Assembly: GCA_016935525.1 (NCBI GenBank)
Contig: JAFGQU010000023.1
Span: 64,897 to 128,896 of the forward strand
DNA from: Candidatus Omnitrophota bacterium
Lineage (GTDB): Bacteria; Omnitrophota; Gorgyraeia; Duberdicusellales; 4484-171
Direction: 5' to 3'
DNA length: 64,000 nt
The notes under the pieces were generated by a model. It was not told the origin of the DNA. It made no database searches and saw only the letters and a list, made by a program, of their open reading frames with translations. The translations under genes and the position numbers were made by a program. Below, one piece after another: positions 47,302 to 59,058 of the stretch (positions are counted from its first letter, which is position 1; every line of letters starts with the position of its first letter).

Positions 47302-48515
47302 TGTTCAAACCTCCTTATCAGGACCCCGCTGGGCAGTTTAGGATAAAAATAAGTCGATTTCTGCGGCAACAGTTTTCCTTTTTTCGCGATCGAAAACACC
47401 GTTGCCAGCGGCGTATCTCTCAGGATAAACCCTGTCTTCTTACCTGTTGTCTGCCGAGCTACCTCATCGATACGATGAACGTATTCGATGTTTTTTACGG
47501 TAAATCTCTTCAATACCAGACGATGCAGGAGCCACACATCCAACGTTTTATACACCCGGTTCTGTGGGGATATTTTACCTAAAAGCGTGCGGTTTTTCAA
47601 TTTAAGAAAATAAAAACTGTTTTTATGATACATCCCGAACGAAAAAAGGGCGGTCGCGGCGGGAGGTTGCGCAATAAGTCTTTCAAGCGATTTCTGAGAA
47701 ACTTTTTGCACGAAAAAGTCCGCGCTCAACCGTTCTTTTACTTCCTGAAAGGATTCTTTTAATTCCGTGACCCGGTGCGTCGGCAACACCAACAACCCGT
47801 CTGAAGGATGAGTGAAATAAGCTAGAATATAATTAAGATCGGAAAATTTATTACGGCACGTCTGGTAATAACGGCTGGCGACTTTAAACCGATGATGGCC
47901 GTCGGCGATAAAAAGTTTACGGCGCATGGTCTCATTGGTAAGAGATGAGATCTCTTTCTTGCCGTCTATTTTCCACAATTGGTGCCGGATACCGGTATGG
48001 TCTTTATAGCGGATGAAAGGTTTGGCCTTTACATATTTCCGGTACAGTGTCGAAAGAGAATCCAATTTTTCCGCGCTCACCACGAATATCGGGCTTAAAT
48101 TCGCTTTTACTTCTTTTAATACCGCGAACCGGTCTTTTTTGGGAGCGCTTAACGTATTCTCATGAGGAAAGACTACCCCTTTTTTGTCGAGCTTTAATAA
48201 CCCCAGGAAACCGACCCGTTTAAATTTTTTACCGCCATAAGGGAATTCCTGTTCATAAAGATATATCGCATCGCTTTTATCGGGAACCAATACTTCTTCT
48301 TTTATCCAACCAAGAAACCGTTTGGCCAGGACTTTATATCCTTTCCGCTGATTCACCAGGAGGATATTGGCAAAATTATACCGGGATTTGTGCTGGTAAG
48401 CCTGTTTTTCGGTACCTTTGATCACGTCATAAGGCGGGCAGACCAAAGGTTCAAGATCATTGAATCGGGCCGGGTTGTAGAAGAACGCTTTAAATGGTTT
48501 TATAAAAGATCTCAT
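47298..48515 (-). CDS. DUF1015-family protein
   Basis: PPYDVI, PHENT, IADGHHR, LPTHR, PQKSTYFYPK. Confidence 0.9.
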   Translation of the reverse strand: MRSFIKPFKAFFYNPARFNDLEPLVCPPYDVIKGTEKQAYQHKSRYNFANILLVNQRKGYKVLAKRFLGWIKEEVLVPDKSDAIYLYEQEFPYGGKKFKRVGFLGLLKLDKKGVVFPHENTLSAPKKDRFAVLKEVKANLSPIFVVSAEKLDSLSTLYRKYVKAKPFIRYKDHTGIRHQLWKIDGKKEISSLTNETMRRKLFIADGHHRFKVASRYYQTCRNKFSDLNYILAYFTHPSDGLLVLPTHRVTELKESFQEVKERLSADFFVQKVSQKSLERLIAQPPAATALFSFGMYHKNSFYFLKLKNRTLLGKISPQNRVYKTLDVWLLHRLVLKRFTVKNIEYVHRIDEVARQTTGKKTGFILRDTPLATVFSIAKKGKLLPQKSTYFYPKLPSGVLIRRFEH

Positions 48516-48787
48516 TTGTTCTCTTGTTTAGGACAATTATCACAAGATGAGCCTGAGCCGTCACAGGAAGATTGGCCGGATTTCTTACTGTCGGTGGATG
48601 GATCCTTTTTCTTATAATCGGTACTATAAAATCCCGACCCTTTAAAGATCAACCCCATACCGGCACCGATCAACCGTTTTACTTTCCCCTTACATGAAGG
48701 GCAGCTTTTTAACGGCTTATCCGTCATCTTCTGAAACGCTTCAAACCGGTTTCCGCATTCTAAACATTCATAATCATACGTCGGCAT
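48512..48787 (-). CDS. FmdB-family zinc-ribbon protein
   Basis: MPTYDYEC..C, CP.C, FKGSGFY.TDY. Confidence 0.92.
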   Translation of the reverse strand: MPTYDYECLECGNRFEAFQKMTDKPLKSCPSCKGKVKRLIGAGMGLIFKGSGFYSTDYKKKDPSTDSKKSGQSSCDGSGSSCDNCPKQENK

Positions 48788-48820
48788 CTCACTCGCCTCC
48801 TTTATCTTTTATTGTCGGCG

Positions 48821-48929
48821 AAAATCCGAAATCCGAATATCGAAATCCTAAACGGAATTCGTTTGAGAAATTAGGATTTTGGTCATTCGAATTTGTTTCG
48901 AAATTCGAATTTCGTGCTTCGTTTTTTCT
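48821..48929. repeat. AAATCC/GGATTT heptamer hairpin insert
   Basis: aaatccg aaatccg aatatcg aaatcct ... ttcgaaa ttcgaat ttcgtgc ttcg. Confidence 0.8.
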
Positions 48930-50048
48930 TCAGAGTTCTTTGCGTAATTTCCCCAATTCGGTCAAAAGAGCTTTCTCTTTTGCCGAAAGGTTTTTAGGGA
49001 TTACTATTTCGACTTCAACGAATTCATCACCCTGACGTTTAGTCCGGTAATCGAGCACGCCTTTTCCTTTAAGACGGAACACGCTGCCGTTCTGAGTCCC
49101 GGCCGGGATCTTCATCTGAACTTTACCGGCAAGCGTCGGCACTTCTATCTCACCGCCCAAGGCGGCTTTCACCATGGTCACGCTCACTTTGCATTTCAAA
49201 TTACTCCCCTGCCGCTGAAAGACAGGATGTCTGGAAACGACAATATGCAAAAAAAGGTCGCCGTATCCGGCGACTCCGGCATTCCCTTCGTTACGCAGCC
49301 GGACAATCGATCCGTTATCCACGCCCGCGGGGATCTTTACGCTTACTTTCTTATTCGCTTTCGTTTTTCCCTGCCCGTGACACTGGGTACACGGTTTTTC
49401 GATCATCTGGCCGGTCCCCTGACAACGGACACACGGCTGGCTTAACGTGAAAAAACCCATTCCGCTGGTCACCTGGCCAGAGCCGCGGCATCCTGAACAC
49501 ACTATTTTTTTTGAACCGGGTTCGGCACCCTGCCCCTGACAACGGGTACAATGTTCAAACCGGGGGAACGTGATCGTCCGTTCGACGCCGCCGGCGGCAT
49601 CCGGAAGCGTGATCTCTATTTCATAATGGATGTCTTTTCCTTGTCCGCGGGAAGTTCTACCTCCTCCACGGCCGCCGAAGATATCAAAACCAAGATCACT
49701 AAAAAAATCACCGAATATATTCTCGGCACCGCCGCCACCGCCGAACCCCATATCCCGGAATATCGTACTGAAATCGGCGCCACGGAAAATATCTTCGGTA
49801 GAATACCGGGAATCTATCCCGGCATGGCCGTACTGATCATATAATTTACGTTTCTTTTCATCGCTCAATACGGCATAGGCTTCGGAAACCTCTTTAAACT
49901 TTTCCTCAGCCGCTTTCTTCTTCTCTTCCGGCACCCGGTCGGGATGCGTCTGCATGACAAGCTTACGGTAAGCTTTCTTTACCTCGTCCGGCGAGGCGCC
50001 TTTAGCTACTCCCAAAATTTCGTAATAATCACGTTGGGTACTCATCAT
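48930..50048 (-). CDS. dnaJ: Chaperone DnaJ
   Basis: J-domain HPD, G/F region, four CxxCxGxG repeats. Confidence 0.97.
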   Translation of the reverse strand: MMSTQRDYYEILGVAKGASPDEVKKAYRKLVMQTHPDRVPEEKKKAAEEKFKEVSEAYAVLSDEKKRKLYDQYGHAGIDSRYSTEDIFRGADFSTIFRDMGFGGGGGAENIFGDFFSDLGFDIFGGRGGGRTSRGQGKDIHYEIEITLPDAAGGVERTITFPRFEHCTRCQGQGAEPGSKKIVCSGCRGSGQVTSGMGFFTLSQPCVRCQGTGQMIEKPCTQCHGQGKTKANKKVSVKIPAGVDNGSIVRLRNEGNAGVAGYGDLFLHIVVSRHPVFQRQGSNLKCKVSVTMVKAALGGEIEVPTLAGKVQMKIPAGTQNGSVFRLKGKGVLDYRTKRQGDEFVEVEIVIPKNLSAKEKALLTELGKLRKEL

Positions 50049-50051
50049 AGC

Positions 50052-50145
50052 TCACGCACGTCACAAAGTCACAAGGTCACATAGTCACAGGTTGAAGAGA
50101 GATTTTTCTCCCCACGTGTGACGTGTGACATGTGTCGTGTGACCT
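50052..50145. repeat. GTCACA/TGTGAC periodic hairpin insert
   Basis: 33 bp at 50060-50092 identical to 52222-52254. Confidence 0.85.
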
Positions 50146-50148
50146 TTT

Positions 50149-52047
<1,899 letters not shown>

Positions 52048-52066
52048 AATCATACCTCCTCAATGA

Positions 52067-52181
52067 GCGCACAATTTTTCAAGCGTACTCACGCGATGAA
52101 AAATTGCATGCGCGAATTGACTCCGACGAGCTCCGCGAGATTTTACCTGTAAAATCGAGCGGTATACTGGGCGAGTCGGAG
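52067..52181. other. Two long hairpins in the grpE-dnaK spacer, immediately 5' of the dnaK RBS
   Basis: CAATTTTTCA/TGAAAAATTG stem (52067-52113); CTCCGAC/GTCGGAG enclosing GATTTTAC/GTAAAATC (52121-52181). Confidence 0.6.
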
Positions 52182-52220
52182 CAAATACCCTATCAATAAA
52201 CTACTTCCTTCAAATCTTCG

Positions 52221-52330
52221 GGTCACAAAGTCACAAGGTCACATAGTCACAGGTATAGAAAATTTTATTCGTGTGACGTGCTTGCCCCGTTGTCGCCAGA
52301 CTCACGGGTGTGACCTGTGTCGTGTGACTC
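52221..52330. repeat. GTCACA/TGTGAC periodic hairpin insert overlapping the grpE 3' end
   Basis: The right arm encodes the GrpE tail ESHDTGHTRESGDNGASTSHE. Confidence 0.8.
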
Positions 52331-52903
52331 ATTTTTCTTCACACTCACAATCACTTTCGCGGTCCTTAGCACTTTCTCGTTTAAAAAATACCCTTTTTGT
52401 ACTTCTTCAAGGACCATATGCTCTTCACCCTCGTCGATTTCTTTCTGCCCGACGATCTCATGGCAATGAGGGTCGAATTTTTTACCTTTAGTCACGATGA
52501 GTTCAAGCCCGCATTTCTGCAGGATCCCGAAAAACCGGTTGAACGATATCTCGATACCTTTCAGCATCTGTTCGCCGGCATTATGTTCTTTACCGATACG
52601 CAACGCGTGTTCCAAATCATCCAGCACGACGATAAGGTCCAGGATCAACTGATAATTGGCAAACCGGAACATCTCTCCTTTTTCCCGGTCCCACCGTTTA
52701 CGGCTATTCTCAAAATCGGCATGTAACCGCAGATATTTATTCCACAATTCGTTATATTCCGACGCTTTTTTCTGCAATTCGTCTTCAAAGAACTTCCCGG
52801 CCTCTTTACCGCCGCACTCGTTTTGGCAGGCCTCATCGTTATGAGCGCAAGATGATTCCTGCTGTTTTTCCTGGTCAGGGTTATGCTCTTTAGGTAGTTT
52901 CAT
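52265..52903 (-). CDS. grpE: Nucleotide exchange factor GrpE
   Basis: YLRLHADFEN.RKR, FDPHCHE, EEVQKGY, VLRTAKV. Confidence 0.95.
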   Translation of the reverse strand: MKLPKEHNPDQEKQQESSCAHNDEACQNECGGKEAGKFFEDELQKKASEYNELWNKYLRLHADFENSRKRWDREKGEMFRFANYQLILDLIVVLDDLEHALRIGKEHNAGEQMLKGIEISFNRFFGILQKCGLELIVTKGKKFDPHCHEIVGQKEIDEGEEHMVLEEVQKGYFLNEKVLRTAKVIVSVKKNESHDTGHTRESGDNGASTSHE

Positions 52904-53663
52904 CCCACACTCCTTCTAAAATCGATTCGAGATTATGTTTTACCGAATGAAGAGCCGATACCGCCCGCACATAATCCATACGCATCGGCCCCAAAAGAGC
53001 AAGCGAAGCGGTAAGATCGCTGTGTTCGATACCGGAGATCACCATTGAACATCCCGAAATATCGCTGACACCGATCTGGTCCCCGATAAGAATACACATA
53101 TCTTCTTTGGTATAACGGAACAACAGATCCTGCAAATCGTCGATCTTCACCTCTAACGCGTAAAACAACGATTTAAGACGATGAATATCTTCGAATTCCG
53201 GCTGGTTGAAGATGAACCTCATTCCCCGAAAGAAGAACTTATCTTCGAATCCCGATATCGCTACCAACGAGGCATATCCGCTGATCGTCGCCAACACATC
53301 GAGGGTCCGGTCAAATATATATTCGATATCCCGGGCATGACGCAGATCTATCTCCATATCGGCGATAATACGCTCTTGAAGCAACCCGACTATCTCTTCA
53401 TCCAGCATATTCTCTTCTTTCAGGCGGCCGACATAATATTGAAACCCTTCCTGAGTAGGGACCCTTCCCGACGAAGTATGGATATGAGATAGATACCCTT
53501 TCTTTTCCAGAGATTCCATCACATTACGGACCGTTGCCGACGAACAGGAAAGATTGGCACGATCACAAAGATATCCCGAACTGATCGGTTTCGATTCTTT
53601 GATATAATGCTGAACGACCAGGTTTAATACCTCAAATTCCCTTTTTTTACTATCTTCTTTCAT
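52890..53663 (-). CDS. hrcA: Heat-inducible transcription repressor HrcA (short form)
   Basis: SSATVRNVM.LE..GYL..HTSSGRVPT..G.QYYV, QPEF, IG, LGPMRMDY; CIRCE upstream. Confidence 0.92.
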   Translation of the reverse strand: MKEDSKKREFEVLNLVVQHYIKESKPISSGYLCDRANLSCSSATVRNVMESLEKKGYLSHIHTSSGRVPTQEGFQYYVGRLKEENMLDEEIVGLLQERIIADMEIDLRHARDIEYIFDRTLDVLATISGYASLVAISGFEDKFFFRGMRFIFNQPEFEDIHRLKSLFYALEVKIDDLQDLLFRYTKEDMCILIGDQIGVSDISGCSMVISGIEHSDLTASLALLGPMRMDYVRAVSALHSVKHNLESILEGVWDETT

Positions 53664-53691
53664 ATCATCACCTTCATCTGCCGCGCACGCT

Positions 53692-53718
53692 TTAGCACTC
53701 TATCAATCAGAGTGCCAG
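53692..53718. promoter_or_regulatory. CIRCE element upstream of hrcA
   Basis: TTAGCACTC-N9-GAGTGCCAG; minus-strand promoter TTGACT-N17-TATTAT at 53749-53721. Confidence 0.9.
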
Positions 53719-53762
53719 GTATAATAACACACCGCATTCTATGAGTCAAGGAATAATGAATC

Positions 53763-54131
53763 TTAGTCTGTTTCGGAATCAACAGACCGGTGGACCGCGG
53801 ATAGTTTCTTTTTCCCCCGTCTGAGAGAAGTCTCGATACGATATTTCAATTTATCTAACTGCCGGGCAATCGCCGAAAAAGCTTTGTTCATGGCGGATGC
53901 GGCGTTCGCCGCTTTCTCATCGGCAGCGACCACATGATGCGGTAAATAAATATAGCTGCGGCAGAAATACTGTTCTTTATTCGGATTTTTTTCCAGATGT
54001 ATCGACACATGTATCGGCGAATCCTTGCGAAAGATCTTCACCCGGCGGGTAATCCGCTGGATATTCTTCTCAAGCGCGTTTTTCAGGATATCGTTTTTCT
54101 CGATATATTTAAGCGTAAAATCAACCCGCAT
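53763..54131 (-). CDS. Ribosome hibernation/pY-like protein (HPF/RaiA family)
   Basis: Start MRVDFT at 54131 after GGAGG; sigma54-modulation-type fold, ending A..KAFS.I.RQL.K.K. Confidence 0.7.
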   Translation of the reverse strand: MRVDFTLKYIEKNDILKNALEKNIQRITRRVKIFRKDSPIHVSIHLEKNPNKEQYFCRSYIYLPHHVVAADEKAANAASAMNKAFSAIARQLDKLKYRIETSLRRGKKKLSAVHRSVDSETD

Positions 54132-54235
54132 ATTCCTCCTTCCTGCCGGCAAAGGCCCGGTAGACATCTCGCCATTGTTAAAACTGATCGAATGGTATTA
54201 TCACACAGCTTGAAAGTTTATTCAAGAACTACCTG

Positions 54236-54365
54236 TGAAAATCCAAAGCACGAAATCCTAAATCCTAAACAAATTCCAAATCCTAATGTTCAAAACAGAT
54301 TCCGTTTGAGAATTTAGGATTTTCTTCATTTGTTTCGAGTTTCGGAATTCGGATTTAGAATTTAA
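54236..54365. repeat. AAATCC/GGATTT heptamer hairpin insert
   Basis: aaatcca aagcacg aaatcct aaatcct ... ttcgagt ttcggaa ttcggat ttagaat; shares CGTTTGAGAA and ATTTGTTTCGA with 48821-48929. Confidence 0.8.
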
Positions 54366-54379
54366 ACCGCGTCCGAATG

Positions 54380-56956
54380 TTATTTCTTCTTAAACACCAG
54401 CTTATGTTTCTGCTCATCGATGACGACTTTATCTCCTTCGGAAAACTTGCCTTGAAGGATATCGATACTTAACGGGTTGATGATCATTTTCTGGATCGTC
54501 CGTTTGACCGGCCGGGCTCCGTATTCGGGGCTATATCCCTTATCGGCGATAAAATCACGGGCCCGATTAGTCAGTTCTAAACCGATATTTTTCTTTAAAG
54601 TGCGTTTCTTTAATATCTCCATCTGAATATCGACGATATCCCGGATATGCGCGAGTTCAAGGCTGTTGAACACGATAATCTCATCAAGCCGGTTTAGAAA
54701 TTCCGGCCGGAAATGATTTTTCAGTTCTCTCCTGATCCGTTCGTCAATGATCTTTTTATCCAGAGTAATATCGTTGAATATCTCGCTGCCGATGTTAGAC
54801 GTGAGAATGACGACGGTATTACGGAAGTTCACGGTGCGTCCCTGCGAATCGGTAAGTTTTCCTTCATCCAATACCTGCAGGAGTATGTTGAATACATCCG
54901 CGTGAGCTTTTTCTATTTCATCGAACAGGACCACCGCGTAAGGCCGGCGCCGTACGGCTTCGGTCAACTGCCCGCCTTCTTCATATCCCACGTATCCCGG
55001 AGGCGCGCCGATAAGCCGCGATACAGAAAACTTTTCCATATATTCGCTCATGTCGATACGTATCAAGTTCTGTTCGCTGTTAAACAGAAACCAGGCCAGC
55101 GTCTTTACCAGTTCGGTCTTCCCTACGCCGGTAGGCCCTAAAAACAGAAACGACCCTAACGGCCGGTGAGGATCGGATAACTCCGCGCGTGACCGGCGGA
55201 TACAATCGGCGATAAGCTCGATCGCGTTATCCTGGCCGACGACCCGTTTTTTCAGCTCATCTTCCATCCGGATAAGTTTTTCCATTTCCGCTTCGATAAG
55301 TTTTGAGACCGGTACCCCGGTCCATTTAGAGACTATCTCGGCGATATCTTCCTCATCGACTTCTTCTTTAAGCATTTTCGTCGTTTGCTGGATCTCGTTC
55401 AGTTCTTTATTCAATGTATCCAGTTGTGAAGTAAGAAGAGGGACCTGGCCGTACCGGATCTCGGCGACCTTTTCCAATCGCGCCTGTTTCTGATATTCGG
55501 CGGCTTCCAGCTTCAGTTTTTCCAGTTTCTCTTTGGTATCCCTGATCCGGGTGATCACATCTTTCTCTTTCTGCCAATGCGACTTAAGCGATCCCAACTC
55601 TTCCTCTAACTTCTCGATATCTTCCGCTAACTTACTTAACCGCTCTTTCGCCGCCGGGTCGGTCTCTTTTTTAAGGACCTGTTTCTGGATTTCCAGTTCC
55701 ATCTTTTTACGTTCGATCTTATCGATCTCTTCCGGTTTAGAATCTATCTCGATACGCAATTTCGATGCCGCCTCATCGATAAGGTCGATAGCTTTATCGG
55801 GAAGGAACCGTTCGGTAATATACCGGTCCGAAAGTACGCTCGCGGCGATGATCGCCGAATCCGTTAATCGCACCCCGTGATGCACTTCATATTTCTCCTT
55901 CAACCCGCGTAAAATAGCTATGGTCTGCTCGACATTCGGTTCGGATACATATACCTGCTGGAACCTTCGCTCGAGCGCGGCGTCTTTCTCGATATGTTTA
56001 CGGTACTCATCGAGCGTCGTCGCTCCGATACAGCGTAACGTGCCGCGGGCCAATGCCGGTTTCAGCATGTTGGACGCGTCGATGGACCCCTCAGATGCGC
56101 CGGCCCCGACTAACGTATGCAATTCATCGATAAAAAGGATCAATTGTCCTTCTTTCGATTCGATCTCTTTTAACACGCTTTTAAGCCGTTCTTCAAACTC
56201 ACCGCGGAATTTACTCCCGGCGACAAGAGCGCCCATATCCAAGGCGATTATCTTTTTCTCTTTCAGGATTTCGGGAACGTCGCCCGAAGCAATACGCTGA
56301 GCCAATCCTTCGACGATCGCCGTCTTACCGACCCCGGGTTCACCGATAAGCACCGGATTATTTTTTGTCCGGCGGGAAAGCACCTGGATCACCCTGCGGA
56401 TCTCCTCATCTCTGCCGATGACCGGATCGAGTTTACCTTTTCTTGCAACTTCGGTCAAATCGCGGCTGTATTTTTCTAACGCCTGATAGGTCTCCTCTGC
56501 CATCGGGGAATCGGCATGGTGCGAACCACGCAAAGACTGGGTGAGCGAAGACAGTTCATCAAAAGAATATCCCTGTTTACGTAAATAGTTAAAAAACAGG
56601 CTGTCTTTCTCTTTCGCAATCCCCAAAAGGAGATGTTCGCTACTCACAAACGAATCATTGAATTTTTTGGCAAAACTTTCGGCGTTATTGATAATATCCT
56701 TAAGACGCCCCGACGCATACGCAGCGCCTGGACCCTGCACTTTCGGCTGAGAGGCAAGAAACTGACGGACCCCGGCGGTAAGATCGCTTGCGTCTATCCC
56801 GGACCGGATAATGATATCCCGGCATATCCCCGGTTCTTCCATAAGCGCCGCCAGAACGTGTTCAGGAAGAAGCGCTTGATGGTTCAATTTTGCCGCCAAC
56901 TGTACGGCTTTACTCATTGATTCCTGTGCTTTTAAAGTAAATTTTTCTAAATTCAT
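54380..56956 (-). CDS. clpB: ATP-dependent chaperone ClpB
   Basis: Two AAA+ modules ([16 protein letters not shown]), long coiled-coil middle domain, GARP. Confidence 0.97.
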   Translation of the reverse strand: MNLEKFTLKAQESMSKAVQLAAKLNHQALLPEHVLAALMEEPGICRDIIIRSGIDASDLTAGVRQFLASQPKVQGPGAAYASGRLKDIINNAESFAKKFNDSFVSSEHLLLGIAKEKDSLFFNYLRKQGYSFDELSSLTQSLRGSHHADSPMAEETYQALEKYSRDLTEVARKGKLDPVIGRDEEIRRVIQVLSRRTKNNPVLIGEPGVGKTAIVEGLAQRIASGDVPEILKEKKIIALDMGALVAGSKFRGEFEERLKSVLKEIESKEGQLILFIDELHTLVGAGASEGSIDASNMLKPALARGTLRCIGATTLDEYRKHIEKDAALERRFQQVYVSEPNVEQTIAILRGLKEKYEVHHGVRLTDSAIIAASVLSDRYITERFLPDKAIDLIDEAASKLRIEIDSKPEEIDKIERKKMELEIQKQVLKKETDPAAKERLSKLAEDIEKLEEELGSLKSHWQKEKDVITRIRDTKEKLEKLKLEAAEYQKQARLEKVAEIRYGQVPLLTSQLDTLNKELNEIQQTTKMLKEEVDEEDIAEIVSKWTGVPVSKLIEAEMEKLIRMEDELKKRVVGQDNAIELIADCIRRSRAELSDPHRPLGSFLFLGPTGVGKTELVKTLAWFLFNSEQNLIRIDMSEYMEKFSVSRLIGAPPGYVGYEEGGQLTEAVRRRPYAVVLFDEIEKAHADVFNILLQVLDEGKLTDSQGRTVNFRNTVVILTSNIGSEIFNDITLDKKIIDERIRRELKNHFRPEFLNRLDEIIVFNSLELAHIRDIVDIQMEILKKRTLKKNIGLELTNRARDFIADKGYSPEYGARPVKRTIQKMIINPLSIDILQGKFSEGDKVVIDEQKHKLVFKKK

Positions 56957-56976
56957 ACTTTGATTACTCCTATTAT

Positions 56977-57125
56977 TTAGAAATACATAGAAATAAGAAG
57001 AAATTCACCGAAGAATTTCATAGAAATATGGTGGAAATACAATTGTATTTCGCGTGAGCATATTTCGCGAGCGATAGCGAGTATATTTCCATATATTTCA
57101 AATCACGTTTGTTTATTTCATCTCT
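56977..57125. repeat. GAAATA/TATTTC periodic hairpin insert
   Basis: Repeated GAAATA followed by TATTTC units; GAGCGATAGCGAGTATATTTC identical to 37808-37828. Confidence 0.75.
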
Positions 57126-57134
57126 CAATATACA

Positions 57135-57800
57135 TCAATACTGTACACTTCTCTTACGCACAAAAACCTTTACGAAGATGATCCCTGCGACAAACCCTCC
57201 GACATGCGCCCAGAACGCGACGCCGGTTGAATCCGGAATCCCTAACGACGATAGCCCTAAAAAGAACTGATATAAAAACCAGACCCCTAAAAAGAACGGT
57301 GCCGGTATTTCCACTATTTGCCAGAAGATAAAAAACGGCAGAAGCGTAAGTACCCGCGCCCGCGGAAACAGAAGGAAATATCCTCCGAGGACCCCGGCAA
57401 TCGCGCCGCTTGCGCCGATTGCGGGTATCGTCGAATCCAGGTTAACCAATCCGTGGATAACGGACGCGGCAATCCCGCAGATAAAATAAAAGATCAAAAA
57501 CTTTCCATGCCCTAACCGGTCTTCGACGTTATCGCCGAAAATCCAGAGATACAGGCAATTTCCCAACACATGCCATACCCCGGCATGAAGGAACATATTG
57601 GTAAAGAACGGATATATTTTTTCAAATATCCCGACCGGAAGCTGAAGGCGGTACGGGATAAACCCGAACGTATGTACAAACGCCTCCAGCTGCGGGCCCA
57701 ACGATATCTCATAGAAGAACACGATGAGGTTTATCGCAAAAAGCGTTATCGTGACCACCGGCTGAGTACGGTGAGGGATATTATCGCGTAAAGGTATCAT
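57135..57800 (-). CDS. Rhomboid-family intramembrane serine protease
   Basis: MIPLRD, MFLHAG..H..GN..YLWIFGDNVED, GASGAI, AHVGGF. Confidence 0.95.
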   Translation of the reverse strand: MIPLRDNIPHRTQPVVTITLFAINLIVFFYEISLGPQLEAFVHTFGFIPYRLQLPVGIFEKIYPFFTNMFLHAGVWHVLGNCLYLWIFGDNVEDRLGHGKFLIFYFICGIAASVIHGLVNLDSTIPAIGASGAIAGVLGGYFLLFPRARVLTLLPFFIFWQIVEIPAPFFLGVWFLYQFFLGLSSLGIPDSTGVAFWAHVGGFVAGIIFVKVFVRKRSVQY

Positions 57801-57804
57801 TTTC

Positions 57805-57900
57805 CGTCGTTAGTCGATCGTCGTTGGTCGTTCGTATAAGGATATCGGGACAGGGTTACGGGTACCGAGAATACCCGAAACCCTGCACCCTGTACCCGAA
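57805..57900. repeat. Periodic insert (GTCGTT arm plus CGGGTA/TACCCG hairpin)
   Basis: cgtcgtt agtcgat cgtcgtt ggtcgtt; cgggacagggttacgggta...tacccgaaaccctgcaccctgtacccg. Confidence 0.65.
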
Positions 57901-57902
57901 CA

Positions 57903-58346
57903 TTACTGCACTTCAATCGCGATCTCTTTCGTTTGGGCTTCTTCCCGTTTAGGTACGGTAAGTTTCAGCACACCATTCTTATAGGTCGCTTTAATTTTAC
58001 CGGTATCGGCATAGATTGGCAACCCTATCTGACGATAAAACTTCCCCTGAAATCTTTCGGTACGTAAGTACCCTTTCTTCTTTTCTTCTTTCTGCTCGTT
58101 CCGTTCAGCAGAGATCGTCAGTATATCGTCCTTGGCGTTTACCTTGATATCTTTCTGCTCGAACCCCGGCAAATCAGCATCGACATAGATGGTCTTCTCA
58201 TCTTCGCTCACATCGACACTAGGAGTCAATATCGGATCCTGGTGTTTGATCAATTTACCGAACGAAGAGTCAAAGAGACGATCCAACTCATGATGCAAAT
58301 CGTCCAACGCATTAAACGGATTAGAATTGTAACGTACTAACTTCAT
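57903..58346 (-). CDS. Small heat-shock protein (Hsp20/alpha-crystallin)
   Basis: PSVDV.E, ADLPG, ERFQGKFYR, A.YKNGVL.LTVPK; start at ATG 58346 after GGAGG. Confidence 0.95.
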   Translation of the reverse strand: MKLVRYNSNPFNALDDLHHELDRLFDSSFGKLIKHQDPILTPSVDVSEDEKTIYVDADLPGFEQKDIKVNAKDDILTISAERNEQKEEKKKGYLRTERFQGKFYRQIGLPIYADTGKIKATYKNGVLKLTVPKREEAQTKEIAIEVQ

Positions 58347-58447
58347 TCTACACCTCCTGCTTCGTTCGCAGATGATCACTGATTGCAGACTGATGATCAC
58401 AGACAGGATGCCTGCGGCCATTTCCTCTTTTCAGAAATCATCCGGCT

Positions 58448-58474
58448 TTAGCACTCATAACAATAGACTGCCAA
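58448..58474. promoter_or_regulatory. CIRCE element upstream of hsp20
   Basis: TTAGCACTC-N9-GACTGCCAA. Confidence 0.85.
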
Positions 58475-58555
58475 CCCTTGGGTAAAAAATTTTTCTATTC
58501 CCCTACACTATCAGCGCTGATTTCAACGATTAAAAATCGATTACGGTGATTCAAA

Positions 58556-58867
58556 TTATTCTTGTCCATTTTCATCATTTTCGTCCTCTTCCTCATGCAT
58601 TTCGAAAATCACCCGGATACCCTGGATATTCACTCCTTTTTCTTTAATAAGGTATTTAATATATTTGAGGCGCCTCAGGTCTCCGTAACAAAAGAGTTTT
58701 TTCCTTTGGCCTACCATCTTAGGTTTCAATACCCCTTCTTTGATGAGCTCATTGATCGTCCAGGTATGCATATCGATAAGCCGGCACACGATATTCAACG
58801 GATACAACGGCTCATCATCGGGAATATCCACATCAAATTGATCTTCATCCTCAAACCAATCTCTCAT
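58556..58867 (-). CDS. MerR-family (HspR-like) transcriptional regulator
   Basis: DEPLYPL.IV..L..MH..T, G.L.P, DL.RLKYI.YL..EKGVNIQGI; heads the chaperone cluster. Confidence 0.8.
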   Translation of the reverse strand: MRDWFEDEDQFDVDIPDDEPLYPLNIVCRLIDMHTWTINELIKEGVLKPKMVGQRKKLFCYGDLRRLKYIKYLIKEKGVNIQGIRVIFEMHEEEDENDENGQE

Positions 58868-58996
58868 CTCATCCTTTTTATATCATATATCAAAATTTCT
58901 GTCAAGATATTTCTTGAAAATTTTTTAGTTTTTTATTAAAAACGCAAGCGTTTACAATGAAAAAAGTCAATAAATAAAAGGTTTTTAAAAAATAAG

Positions 58997-59032
58997 ATAT
59001 ACCTACCCCCCGTTTCAGGAAGTAGGTATATC
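58997..59032 (-). terminator. Terminator hairpin after the VIT-vWA gene
   Basis: GATATACCTAC / GTAGGTATATC stem followed by TTATTTTTT on the minus strand. Confidence 0.7.
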
Positions 59033-59058
59033 CGATACTATCAAGCCGCTATTATGTC

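Noticed and set aside
58890-58925. HAIR operator for the HspR-like regulator
   Set aside because: Only a TCAAGA-N4-TCTTGA palindrome overlapping a -35-like TTGACA; it does not match CTTGAGT-N7-ACTCAAG
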